64,000 bases of DNA, taken from NCBI RefSeq assembly GCF_009914755.1, contig NC_060946.1. One strand, written 5' to 3'. Positions 11,281 through 25,893 of the stretch are shown here, piece by piece (position 1 is the first letter of the stretch; every line of letters begins with the position of its first letter). The notes beneath the pieces were generated by a model. The model was given only the letters and a program-made list of their open reading frames with translations, was not told where the DNA came from and ran no database searches. The stretch comes from the human T2T-CHM13v2.0 reference genome, Homo sapiens. A program made the position numbers and the translations under genes.

Positions 11281-14200
11281 CTGAGGGGGAGGGGAGGAAA
11301 TGGCCGCTCTGAGAAGGGGGCCACCCTCGTGCTACGCTGGGGATGCTGTCGTCCTCCTGCCCAGGCGGGCTGTGTGGACAAGGCACACAGTGTCTCCCTG
11401 CACCCAACCATCTTTAGGATACATGTGAAATAAGGCCGCTCAAAATCAAGAACATGGTGACAGCACAGAAGCAGAAGAGCGAATCCCAGGTCAGGAGGAG
11501 CATCTCACCATGGCCCCAGGCTGCTGTGTGCCAACACCCCTCTGACCATCACCGGAGCAAACTAGGATTTCCTGTCCTAGGACTAGCACTCCTAGGAGGC
11601 TGCGCTCATGTGCTGTGTACCCCAGGTGTGGCTGGGGAGCGGCCCTCCTGCAGAGGTGCACATCCTTTTCCAGGGGCCAGGGCTGCACACAGGCCTCCCA
11701 CGTCCGTCCAACAGCAGCCTTCCTTTTGTCTGAGGCCTGGGCTCTTGGGAGGAAGGTGCTCAGTTGCCCAGCAAGAATGAGCCAGGGGGCGGTGAGGGAC
11801 AGCCCTTTCCTGGTGGGAGGCCAGGGTTGGCCAGGTAGGCAGGGGTCTCATGGATGACAGTTGCTGGCAGTTTGGAGTGGGGGTGACGCCCCTGCGGAGC
11901 ATGGCTCGGGCGGCTGCCGTGGGGAGGACAGGCTGCAAGGGAGTAGCATAGGGCATCAGGAAGCCAGGAGGAGGACCTGCCGCAGCAGAGAAGGGAATGA
12001 CAGAGGCCTGGACCGGGTAGTGACAGACTGGGAGAAGTGACAGTATAAGGTACACTTGGGACTCGGATTGCCACAACTCCCTGATGGACTGTGTAGGGGA
12101 ACAGTGAGCCCCTGTGGGCAGCCGCACGGTCAACTCAGGTATCGTTTCACAAATGTGCCTCTGCTGTGGTTGGGCGTGAAGCCTGTCACTCCAATCCTTA
12201 ACAAGCCATGGCAGAGAAAATGCGCATCCCCTGACGCACCCAGCCCTGGCATACACGTGCAGATGACACCTGGACACAACACTGGGTCTCACAGGCTCCC
12301 CACTGAGATGCTCTCCCGGCTCAGCCACACCCACACATTGGGTACACACGCACCAAGCGCAGGTGTAGGAGGGCTGGGTGGACCCGACTCCACCTCTTTG
12401 CTGGGTGAGTAGGCAGGAGGGGCCATGAAGCTTGAAGCTGAGTCCCAGCCAGGCTAGACGCCAAGGAGCACTGAGTCTAAGCTGCTGCGCCTTCCTCTGC
12501 TCTTCTTCAACCATTTCACGCTTTTCGTGGCCACCACTTGGCTGGGATGCTACTAGTATTCAGCAGGTGGAGGCCGGGGTGCTGTTCAACATCCTCCAGG
12601 ACAGCCCCCAACACACAGTATCTGGTCCAAATGTCAACACCGCCAAGAGGGACACACCCTGCCCTGGTGCAGTGCACACTGGGGACAGGGGCTCGATATG
12701 AGCTGCCCATGGGGAGGCAGAGATGACATGAGTGGTAGCAGGCATGAAAGGAGAATCTACCAGCCACACATCTATAACATGGCTGGCAGTTCCATGCACT
12801 CCTGACTTGGGTAAACTGGCAACTCACAGAAGTCACAGAATAATGGAACCAGGAAGTGGTCCCAGAAGTAGCTTCCTCCACAGACCAAGAGTGAAGGCCA
12901 GGGAGGCTTCAAAACGAGGAGTGACCCATCAGCTCCTGGAAGCAGGAGGACCCCACACCAGCAGGGACCCTGCTAAGCTAGGAATGGCCACTCCCACCTC
13001 TGCAACAATCTCGGCAGGCAGGACCCCTACTGCCTGCCCCAAGGAGACACTTCACAACCCCCGTGTGAGTGGCTGGGTTCCCAGAGCCCTCAAGCCATTC
13101 CTGCTAGCCCAGTACACTCCATGCCCACACAGATGGCAGCGCCAGCTCCTGTCCTCCTCCCACGGGGCCAGGAAGCATCTCCAAAAGCTGCATTTTTTGC
13201 TGACGACACATGAAGTGAATATGTGAGAAGGATACATCCTCTCACCAATTAGCTGCTTTTCCTGATGCCTCTGACCCTCCTCCAGTCTCAAGGGCACTGT
13301 CATCAGTGGGAGAAAGCCTAGTGGCCCAGGGACTGGTGACGTGCCTGTTCATTGGAGGCCAGTTCAGAGATCCCAGGGGAGCTCCTAAGAAAGCAGCCCC
13401 TTTGCAATGACTAACTCTTAACCCGTTCTAAAATAAACCCAAGGACACGGTCAAGGTCCCAACTGTCCCTCCAAGGTGGGGACCGGAAATAATCATCTCT
13501 CAGAACCAAGCCACTTGTAGTCAAGCACAAAGAAGAGAGCCTGCCCCAGAAGCCAGAGGCCAGCCCAGGGGCCCCAGAGGCCCCTTGATAGGGCTGATCT
13601 CTCCATGGAGTTCTGGGCTGTGCAGTTGGGGTTGTCTTTTGTCTCTCAGCTATCCTGCAGCTCCCAGAGAGAGGATCCAGCCTGTGCAAGAAGAGCTCCA
13701 GTGACAAGGAGCTCACCATTTCATTGAGCTTGGTTAAGTGGTAACAGTTTCAAAATCTCCATCAGAGACACCATGGGGAGCAGAAGGTCAGCAGGGATCA
13801 GAAGCTGAGACCAGGAACCCAATGTGGGCTCTGTGCCTGGCAGCTGCACCAGCCAAACACCTCACCATGCCTCTGGGAACCTCATCGTATCAGGGCTGCC
13901 CGACAGCAGCAGAGCAAGCAGGGGCAGAGGGCGGCATGAGTTTCAGCTGCTCTGCACCTTGGCCAGCACTTGATGCTATCAGTTTCATTACTTTAGCCTT
14001 TCGAGCAGGGGTGGTACCCCACGTGGATTTAGTTTGTTTCCCTAATGGCCAATACTGAGCATCGTTTCAGCTGCCTGACTGTCATCCTATATCTTCTTTG
14101 ATAAAGTTTAATAATTTACATCTTCTTCTAAAGCCATTTTTCAATAGCATTGTTTTGTTTTCTTATTATTGAGTTTTTATGTATTCTGAATACAGACCTT

Positions 14201-14575
14201 TGATCTGTGTTTTGCAAATACTTGTTTTGATTCAGTCAGGGGCTTATTTTTCCATTTCCTTAACAGTGTGTTCCAAAGAACAGAAGTTTTCAATTTTGAT
14301 GAAGCCAAATTTGTCTGTTTTTTTAAGGATCATGCTAAAAATGTTGCCTAACCCATGGTCACAAAGATTTCTCTCCTATGTTTTCTCCTAGAAGCTTTAT
14401 AATTCAAGGTTTTACAGTTGTGTCTATGACCATTTTGAGTAAATTTTACATACAGTAGGAGGGACAGTGTAAGGTTCGTATTTTTTGGCATATGGATGTC
14501 CTGCTGTCCCAGCACCAGTGGTTGAAAGACTATCCTTTCTCCACTGAACTGCTCTTGCACCTTTGTCAAAGATTA

Positions 14576-14704
14576 GGCTGGTCTGAAGGTAGTGAGTCAT
14601 CTCGATTGATTGTTCACAGTCAGTAACAGATCAAACTCCTTGTTGTACTCTTTTCCCGTTCTCACGACTGCACTTGACTCGTCTTAAACAAACAAACAAA
14701 AACA
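14576..14704 (+). pseudogene. Y1 RNA (RNY1) retropseudogene with A-rich tail
   Basis: GGCTGGTCTGAAGGTAGTGAGTCATCTCGATTGATTGTTCACAGTCAGT...CTGCACTTGACTCGTCTT matches the hY1 sequence end to end (14576-14685). It is followed by an (AAAC)n tail and a decayed TSD (AAAGATTA/AGAGATCA). Confidence 0.93.
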
Positions 14705-14921
14705 GAGAGATCACCTGATTATACGTAGTGTGGGACTATTTCTGGACTGTTGTGTTCCACTGATCTATGTGTCTGTCCCTTCATCGATACCACACTGTTG
14801 TGATTACTATGGCTGTACAGTAACTCATACATTAGGTGGCATGGATCCTCCAACTTTGTTCTTTGTAAAAACTACTTTGGCTATTTTAATTATTTTGCCT
14901 TTCCACCAACTTTTATCTACC

Positions 14922-15350
14922 TTTTTATTTAAGAGACAGGGTCTTGCTATGTTAGCCAGGTTGGTCTTGAACTCCTGGCCTCAAGCAATCCTCTTGCCTC
15001 AGACTCCCAAAGTACTACAATTACAGGCATGAGCCGCTGAACCCAGCCCTATTTTATTTTTACTTTTTGAGATGGAGTCTCGCTCTGTCACCCAGGCTGG
15101 AGTACAGTGGCGTGATCTCAGCTCACTGTAACCTTTACCTCCCAGGTTGAAGTGATTCTCCTGCCTCAGCCTCCTGAGTAGCTGGTATTATAGGCATAAG
15201 CCACCATACCCAACTAAATTTTTGTATTTTTTGTAGAGATGGGGCTTCACCATATTGGCCATACTGGTCACAAACTCCTGATCTCAAGTGATCCACCCTC
15301 CCCAGCCTCCCAAAGTGCTGGGATTACAGGTGCGAGACACCACGCCTCGC
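14922..15350 (-). mobile_element. Alu left-monomer fragment (14922-15048) plus full Alu (15051-15350)
   Basis: Antisense Alu consensus blocks with T tracts. Confidence 0.88.
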
Positions 15351-17232
15351 TCCACCTGATTTTTAGAATTAGCTTGTCAATACCTACAAAAATGTCTGCT
15401 AGAATTTTGGTTGGGATTATACTGAATCTATAATTTGGGAAGAGCTAACCTCCTAATGATATTGAGACACCTGATCCATGAACATGGTATCTTTCCTTTT
15501 ATTTAAGCCTTTTTGTCATCATGGTTTTACAGTTTGCAGCAAACAGAATGTGCACATATTTATATTATTTATAATTGGGTATTTCATTTTTTTTGGTGCT
15601 ATTATTAATGGCACTTTTCTCAAAATTTTCAATTTTCAACTGTTACAGATAGATTATATAAATATGATGAATTTTTGTTACGTTGACCTTATATCTGGAG
15701 ACCTTGCTTAAACACACTTATTAGTTCTAATAACTTTCCTGTAGATTCCCTAGGATTTTCTATGCAATCATGTGATCTGCAAAGGGAGATGGTTTCATTT
15801 CTTCCCCTCTGGCCTGGATGGTTTTTCATTTCTTCTTGCCTTCTGGCACTGGCTTTGACCTCAAGCACAATGATGACAGGGTGGCAAGTGTAGACACTCT
15901 TAGCTTGTTGGAGGGGACATTCTGATGCTTAACACATGACATCCTATTCCCAGAGTCTCCAGTTTTGGTGATAGTGTCTCGGTTCTTGAGCACTTTCCAG
16001 AAGAAGGCCCTAGGAGAGTCAGGAGCCCATGGAAGCATGGCCACAGGGCGGGCAGAGCAGGGCCCAGCTAAGTCGCTCTGGCCGTGCAGGAGAGAGGGCT
16101 GCAGCTGCTCTGGGCCCACCCAGATGCACTAAGGGCCCTGCTCTGCTAAGAAGTCCTTGGGGCTGGGCAGGCTCTTTAGGCCATACATGCCCACAAATGG
16201 GTCATCCTTGTACACATCTGGGCATTCTTACAAAGCTTGGACAGAGTGGCAAGGCAGCACTGGTAGACTCCTGAGAAATGGAACCAGGAGTCCAGGTAGC
16301 ATGGCTTGTGAACAGAGTTTGACTCTTGTAGCCAGTCACTAAGCTGGGGGTTTAAAGTTATGTGGCCGGGCACAGGGAACTTGATAAGCACTCAACCAGT
16401 GCTTCTCATGGCCCTAAACAGACATGCACCCTATACGAGGAGAAACTGCCCTGCAGAATGGGGTCCAAGCATCACCCTCTAGCTCTGGGTCCTCTGGTGG
16501 GCTTGGCTGCAAATGTAGCCTTGTGCTCACCACAGTCAACTGCACATGTCTGATGGTACATGCCACAGTGCCCACTTTCACCCAGCCTCAGGCACAGCCT
16601 CTGGAGGACAGCTTTGTCCTCCCACCCAGCAGCCCCCCGGTGTGGAGGGACACTGACAACATTCCACTCAGGGGCAGCTTTCACTGTTGTGGCCCAGCCT
16701 CTAGCTGCAGCCTCTCCTCCACAGGGCCCCTAGAGACAGAGATGGCCATCACACCCTGCCCAAGCTGCTCTTCTACAGGGGCCACAAGTCCAGGGGCTTC
16801 CAAAAGTCCCCATCATTTCATTCCTACTGTGGCACCCAAGAAAGAAAGAAACTCATACTTTTGATTTACATTTCTCTTGAGGTCTGAATTCACACAGAGC
16901 TGCAGCTACACCGGTGTGCAGAATGACAAAGCATGCCCGTGGAGTGTGAGGGGTGTTAACATCTCAGAGAGCAGTGGCCCACCTGCTCCTCTCTTTTTGC
17001 AAGTGGAAGGGAGAGGATCACCCTGAGATCAGATTCCCTGTAGTGTCTACCTTAAAGCCCCCGCCTGGTGGTGAGGAGTCTGATCTCGAAACTGAGAATA
17101 ATACTTCATCTTTTTCTCGAAGATTCTAAGGTAAAAATGGATGACTGTAAGCAATGACAACTGTCACTACCCTCCATATCATCATACTAGAGAACAGGAA
17201 GAGCTCCAATGTGGACATAAATTAGAAGTCTA

Positions 17233-17448
17233 GGCTGGACGCGGTGGCTCATGCCTGTAATCCCAGCACTTTGGGAAGCTGAGGTGGGTGGATCACTCGA
17301 GGCCAGGAGTTGAAGACCTGGTCTGGACAACATGGCGAAACCCCGTCTCTACTAAAAATACAAAAACTAGCCAGGCATGGTGGCATGCGCCTGTAGTTCC
17401 AGCTACTGGTGAGGCTGAGGCAGGAGAACGGCTTAAACCCTGGAGGCG
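17233..17448 (+). mobile_element. 3'-truncated Alu (S-type)
   Basis: GGCTGGACGCGGTGGCTCATGCCTGTAATCCCAGC..., ending mid right arm. Confidence 0.88.
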
Positions 17449-17522
17449 TAAGTTTGAAGACAAGTTTGAAGCTGTCAGTGGTGACTTGTGAACAAACAGC
17501 CACACTCGAGTTCAAGTTCATT

Positions 17523-17651
17523 TGTGAATGCTGCCTGTCACCCCAGAATGGGAAGGAGGCAGCTGGAGGGGTCGTGTCAGACACGCCCACTAGAGTAGTG
17601 GCATCAAAGTCTCTGAGACATCTCTGTGACAAACGCTGCCATTGCTGCTGC
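17523..17651. repeat. ~130-bp direct repeat, copy A (intron 7 side of exon 7)
   Basis: Aligns to 18069-18198 with 15 substitutions and 1 gap by hand count (~88% identity). Confidence 0.9.
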
Positions 17652-17762
17652 GCGATGCTCCATAAACTCTCCTGAGTCCTCACCACTGAGGAAGCAAAGG
17701 GACGCCCAGCCTCCAGCCCCAAATAGGGAGGCTGACTTGGGACGTCCTATCAAGAGTCTCAC

Positions 17763-17966
17763 CTGGGTCCAGACACATGAACTTGCAGCACTCTTTGGGG
17801 TCCTTGCGGTACTGTTGGCAGCCCTGGGGCCTCTCACAGAGAGCAGCCACACACATCTCAGGCTCCCCTCCATGGCAGGTGCAGCTCAGGCATGGGTCGT
17901 CCCCCTTAGGGGTGAAGTAGAACCCTTCATCCACCACGTTGTCCTTGATGTCAACACATGTTTGAC
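17763..17966 (-). CDS. DGCR2: DGCR2 exon 7 (VWC domain)
   Basis: ttgcag acceptor, GTGAGA donor, 204 nt. Encodes [30 protein letters not shown]...[12 protein letters not shown]. Confidence 0.97.
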
Positions 17967-18002
17967 CTGCAATGAGCATACATTGTGTACAGATGTATAC
18001 AA

Positions 18003-18068
18003 TGCCAAAAAAGGTAGCCTCCCCGTGTGGGCCACACTGCCGAAAAAGGTAGCCTCCCCGTGTGGGCC
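18003..18068. repeat. 35-bp-period tandem duplication
   Basis: TGCC(A/G)AAAAAGGTAGCCTCCCCGTGTGGGCC occurs twice, separated by ACAC. Confidence 0.92.
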
Positions 18069-18198
18069 TGTGAATGCTACCTGTTACCTTAGAATGGGAA
18101 GGAGGCAGCTGGAGGGGGCATGTGAGACATGCCCACTAGAGTAATGGCATCAAAGCCTCTAAGACAGCTCTGTGAGCAAACACTGCCATCACTGCTGC
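18069..18198. repeat. ~130-bp direct repeat, copy B (intron 6 side of exon 7)
   Basis: Partner of 17523-17651, offset 546 bp. Confidence 0.9.
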
Positions 18199-18948
18199 AC
18201 CACTTGACATGAGCTGACCTTCCCCACCTGGGCCTGGGGAACGAACAAGGCAACTGAAGACTTGGCCAGATTGTGCTGAGAGTCTTCCTAGGGCTGGAAT
18301 GCCATGGATCTCTGGCCCATGGCACAGGGAGTGGCTGTCCAAGAGCAGTCACTACAACACTGTTAGAACAAAGTACATCTAGCCAGGGCAAATGGAGGCC
18401 GGAGAGCCAGGATGGAGCACAATGCCAGACTCCAGGGTCACTGCAGAAGTGTTTGCCTGGAAGTTGCTGAAGTAGATTACTTATGAGATTTTCTCAATTC
18501 TAAGATGCAGCTGCTATGAGTATTAACCATTTCAAAATCAGAATGTGTCTAAGGAAGCTGCCAGTTCTGCTTGGGAAGGCAGTCCACTGGACCTGAGGCA
18601 CACTCTGCACAGAGCTGACCTAGGATGAGAGTAAGAGGAATGGCCATGGCTAAAAACCCAGAGTCTTCAACTGGTAGGCAGACGTTGCAAATGCCTGGAG
18701 GAGAGACAAGGAATGAAGGAGCCTCCAAGAGAGCCACCCTCAGTGAAAGGCAAAGAGACATGAGAAGGTAGCTTCTTACAGTCTCCAAATGGGGTAAGGA
18801 TGTCTAGAAAAAAGACTCTTCCGAAATTTCACAATCACAGGTCTATGCCTCACTTAAGATTGTAGTCAGCTGGGCGCGGTGGCTCACACCTGTAATCCCA
18901 GCACTTTGGGAGGCCGAGGCAGGCAGATTGCCTGAGGTCAGGAGTTCA

Positions 18949-19500
<552 letters not shown>

Positions 19501-21395
19501 TCAGAGTGAAAATGCTGAAAGTGAAAGACAAGGCGAAAATACGAAAAGCAGCAAATGGGACGTGACTTGTTACTTCTAAGGGAACCCCAATAAGACAAAC
19601 AACTGACTTCTCAGCAGAAACAACAGAGGCTGGGGCAGTGGGATAACTGCTCACAGAAAACCATCAACCAAGATCCATATCCAGCAAAGATATCTTCTGA
19701 AAAATGAAAGTAAAATAAACTTTCCCAGACAAACAACAAGTGAGAGAAGTTGTTTGCAGATCCACCTTATAAGAAACACTAAAGGAAGTTTTTCAGGCCA
19801 AAAGTATGCAATCCCCAGATAGTAATTTGAATACAAATAAGAAACTGAAGAGCAACAGTAAAGGCAATCGTGATTATAAATTATAGCCTACATGCATAGT
19901 TTTCCTCCTTTATTCTCTTAGCTGATTTAAAAAGCAATTGTATAAAATAATATGTATGGAATGTAGTATTGGGTCTATGACATACAAAAATATAACACAC
20001 TTAGATTTGCCAAGAATGGCACAAAGGTGGTGTGTGGGAGCAAAGCTATACTGGACTAAAGAACTTCACCTAAGTCTCACATCTTATTAAAACACTCATT
20101 CGAAACATGTCCTAGACTTAAATGTAAAACGGAAAATGATTAAAATTTTAGGAAAAAAACACAGAAGAAATGTAAGGCTAGGCAAAGAGTACTTGGACTT
20201 GACACCAAAAGAATAATCCATAAAAGGAAGCTGGTTTCAGTGGCTCGCACCTGTAATCCCAGCACTTTGTGAGGCCGAGGTAGGTGGATCACCTGAGGTC
20301 AGGAGTTTGAGACCAGCCTGGCCAACACTGTGAAACCCTGTCTCTACTAAAAATAGAAAAATTAGCCAGGCGTGGTGGCTCATGTTGGTAATCCCAGCTA
20401 CTTGGGAAGGTGAGGCACAAGAATCACTTGAACCCAGGAGGTGGAGGTTGCAGTGAGCCAAGATTGCACCACTTCACTCCAGCCTGGGCAACAGAGTGAA
20501 ATTCTGTCACAAAAAAAAAAAAAAAAAAAAAAAAATCCACGAAAGGAGAGAGAAATAACTAGGACTTCATTAAAATTAAGAACTTTTGTTCTTTGGGTAA
20601 ACTTATACTGCCAGGAAAAAACAGCAACAACAAAACTTTTGTTCCTGAAAGCTCATCTGAAGAGGATGAAGGCAAGCTACAGACTAGAAAAAATATTTGC
20701 AAACCACATATCTGACAAAGGACTGGTATCTAGAATACATAAAGAACTCTCAAAACTCCACAGTTTAAAAAAGAACAAAACAGATCATTAGTTCACACCT
20801 GTAATCTCAATACAGGAGGATCACTTGAGCCTAGGAGTTGCGTTTGAAGCCAGCCTAGGCAACATAGTGAGATCCTATCTCTATAGAAAATAAAAAACTT
20901 AGCCAGGCATGACGGTGCACACCTACAGTTCCAGCTACTCAGGAGACTGAAGTGGGAGGACTGCCTGAGCCCGGGAGCTGGAGGTTACAGTGAACTATGA
21001 TTGCACCACTGCGTTTGAGCCTGGGTGACAGAGCAAGACCCTTTCTCAAAACAAAACGAACAAACGATGCAAAGAGAAAACGGAAGAATAATGTGAACAA
21101 CAGAGAATATACAGATGGCAAATAAGCACATGAAACATGAAGAGGTTTTAACATCAGTAGCCTCAGGGAAATGCAAATTGAAACCATAAGGAGCCACAGG
21201 TCTACATACATATCTGCATACCTAACAGAAGGGCTAAGATGAAAAATAGTGAAAACAGTAAGCGCTGGGGAGGATATGGAGAAATTAAATCACTCCTACA
21301 TTGAATCACTCCTACGTTGATAGTGGGACTATAAAATAGTACAGCCACTCTGGAAAACAATTTGCTTGTTTCTTTAAAAACTAAACCTGCAACTA

Positions 21396-22122
<727 letters not shown>

Positions 22123-22234
22123 TCATTAATAAAAGTAACAATTTGGATGACTCTCCAGGGAATTATGAGTGAAAAAAGCCAACCCCAAAAGGTTGCAACT
22201 ATATGATTCCATTTATAGAATATTTCTGCCTCAT

Positions 22235-22440
22235 GATGATACCTGACAAAGGCCAGACCACATATGACCAAAGGCCTCTGACCTACCACTTCTGTAGCAA
22301 CCAGTCTAGGGCAGTCAGGATCTGGCCAGTGGCCACCAGCTTCTCTATTTTGAGTCCATACTTCCAACTGGAAACCCACCAGGGAAAGTCAAATATGTTC
22401 CCCAAACCAATCACCTCCACTGCCCTGCTTCTAGTCAGGC
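22235..22440 (+). mobile_element. LTR fragment, MER77-like (ERVL)
   Basis: CTGTAGCAACCAG...CAGTCAGGA...TTCCAACT...GAAAGTCAAATATGTTCCCAAACCAATCAC...CTTCTAGT resembles the recalled MER77 consensus. Confidence 0.55.
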
Positions 22441-24091
22441 TGCCTCTAATCAGAGCATACCTGGAGCCTTTAGGGCCCTGGTGAAAAGCCACTGTGCTGG
22501 ACCCAACTCCAGCTGCAGGAGGGTCAGAAGCACTTGTGAAGGCTCCACCCTGGATCCTCAGGGCACTGGGCCTGCTTAAGGCTCAGGTACAGTTAGAACA
22601 TCAGACCCTACTATCAGCATGCTAACAAGCCTTGAGTCACACAGTGGACTACTGCTAGGCGGGCTGCAAAAGACAGACTCTAGAGATGTGGCCCAAAGGG
22701 ATGACCTCAAGTAGAGGGTGGAGCAGACATTAAGAAAAACCCTCTGGCAAACCAGCCTCCACCCAGAACAACAATGCTGCTAAATACGAAAGCCTGAGGT
22801 GCACTGAGGGCAACTACAGTGCCAACAAACCCCAAGCCCAGCCCAACTCTCGCCCAGATCAACGCCCTGCACTGTACTAAAGACCTCCCCACAAGAAAGG
22901 CCTAGTGGAAGTAAAGGCATAGCCACTGCAAGCACAAAACTACTGAACTCAGTCTCTATTGTCCCACACAAGATGTCAGAGTTCCAATGAAAAGCCTAGA
23001 AAAAAGTACCATGCTCCAGAGACAAAACAATCAAAAAACCAGACTCAAATATGACACAGATGAAGGAACTTCCCCACAGGGAATTTAAAATAACTACGAT
23101 TAATTTGTTAAAGGCTCCAGTGGAAAAGCTGGACAATATACAAGGTTAGATGGGAAATTCAGATGAGAGATGGAATCTATAAGAATCAAATGGAAATCCT
23201 ATAAATAAAAAAACAGACAAAATCAATGAAACAGATGAAGAATACCTTCAATGGGCTCATAAGCAGACTTGACATAGCCAAGGAAAGAATTAGTAAACCT
23301 GAGGACAGGTCAACAGAAATTACTCAAACTGAAGGACTAAAAGAATCCAAGAGACATGATGACTAGATGCAATGCATGATTCTGGACAATGAAAAAAATA
23401 GCTATAAAGGATATTATTGGAACGACTGATAAAACTGGAATAATGGATTGTGGATTACTGTATGGTACTGTATCCATGCTAAGTGTTCTGATTTTGATCC
23501 ATATAGTGTGGGTACATAAGAAAGTGTCCTTGTTCTTAGGAAATACACACTGAAGTATAAAACGCTTAATTAAGGTCCACAGTATCTTCAGTTTACTCCC
23601 AAATGATTCAGAAGAAACATGTAGAGAAAGTGAATGATAAAGCAAATGCAGTAAAACTGAAATACTGTAACTGGTGAGTCTGTGTAAATGGTGTATGAAA
23701 GGAAGTTACTTGTATTATTCTGCCTTTTCCATAAGCTTGAAATTATACCTAAATTAACAAGTTACAGAAGTCTCCCTCGCCTGACCCAGATGGTCCTATA
23801 AGGTGGTTCTATCAAACACTCAAAGACAAGTTTATCTCCAACTTGGACAAATGGATTTAGAGAACAGTAAAATAAAATGTTTGCCAACTCATTTTAGAAA
23901 ACTAATATAGTATAATACAGAAATGAGTCAATGTAGTCCCAGCTACTTGGGAGGCTGAGGCAGGAGGCTCACTTGAGCCTAGGAGTTCAAGACTGTACTG
24001 TGCTATGATCGTGCCTGTGATTAGCCACTGCATTCTTGCCTGGGCAACACAGTGATGCCCCACCTTAAAAAAAAAAAAAAAGAGAGAGTCA

Positions 24092-24274
<183 letters not shown>

Positions 24275-24335
24275 CTACTAAAAATACAAAAATTAGCCAG
24301 GCGTGGTGGCACATGTCTGTAATCCCAGCTACTCA

Positions 24336-24533
<198 letters not shown>

Positions 24534-25085
24534 TTAACATAAGAAAATCCATTTATATGAAATAATGACTGAACAGACTGAAGAAAAACTACATAACCCC
24601 AATAAAATCCACTAAAAGCATTTAATAAAAATCAATACACTTTTGTAACACAAATATTCCCAGCAACCTAGGAATAGGTACTTCTTTGACTTCATACAGG
24701 TACATTCTAAAATCCTATAGAAGGCATTCTGTAGAATATTGATACATTAAAATAGCATTCTAAGTTGAGAAGACAAGAATGCTCACTACCACCATTTCTA
24801 ATCATCACTGTCCTGGAGACTGTAGCAAGAAGAGTTGACTGGGCAACATAGTGAAACCACATCTCTAATAAATGTAAATAAATAAATAAATGTCAAAGAT
24901 TTGAAAGAAGAAACAAACCCATCTAAATAGAAAATCAACAAAATCCACAAACTAAGAGAACCAATAAAGGAGTTTAGAAAACATATCCTAAAATTCACAT
25001 AGAAAAGGGTCAAAAATAGGCAACATAACAGGCAAGAACAAGGCAGAGGAAGTCGTAACACCAGCAGTCAAGATTTATCATGAAG

Positions 25086-25893
<808 letters not shown>

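Larger units (their letters stand above)
14010..15930 (-). mobile_element. Old L1 (L1M) ORF2/3' fragments interrupted by the Y RNA copy and Alus
   Basis: T-rich L1-antisense motifs such as CAGAAGTTTTCAATTTTGATGAAG, TTGAAAGACTATCCTTTC and TAGATTCCCTAGGATTTTCTA. Confidence 0.8.
15482..17695 (-). ncRNA. DGCR11: Approximate location of intronic transcript DGCR11
   Basis: Placement is from recalled annotation. The only sequence support is a minus-strand AATAAA at 15498-15503 near the expected 3' end. Confidence 0.35.

Noticed and set aside
11606-12514. 302-aa minus-strand ORF in intron 7
   Set aside because: No recognisable domain, composition typical of GC-rich non-coding DNA, and no splice support.
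18181-18189. TGGCAG(TGT) miR-34/449-like seed at the start of the copy B hairpin (minus strand)
   Set aside because: Only ~9 nt match, the hairpin has a large asymmetric loop unlike a pre-miRNA, and copy A differs.
17523-18198. Calling the exon-7 repeats bona fide H/ACA snoRNAs or ribozymes
   Set aside because: No H box, no hammerhead or HDV core and no C/D boxes. Kept only as an unclassified structured-repeat finding.
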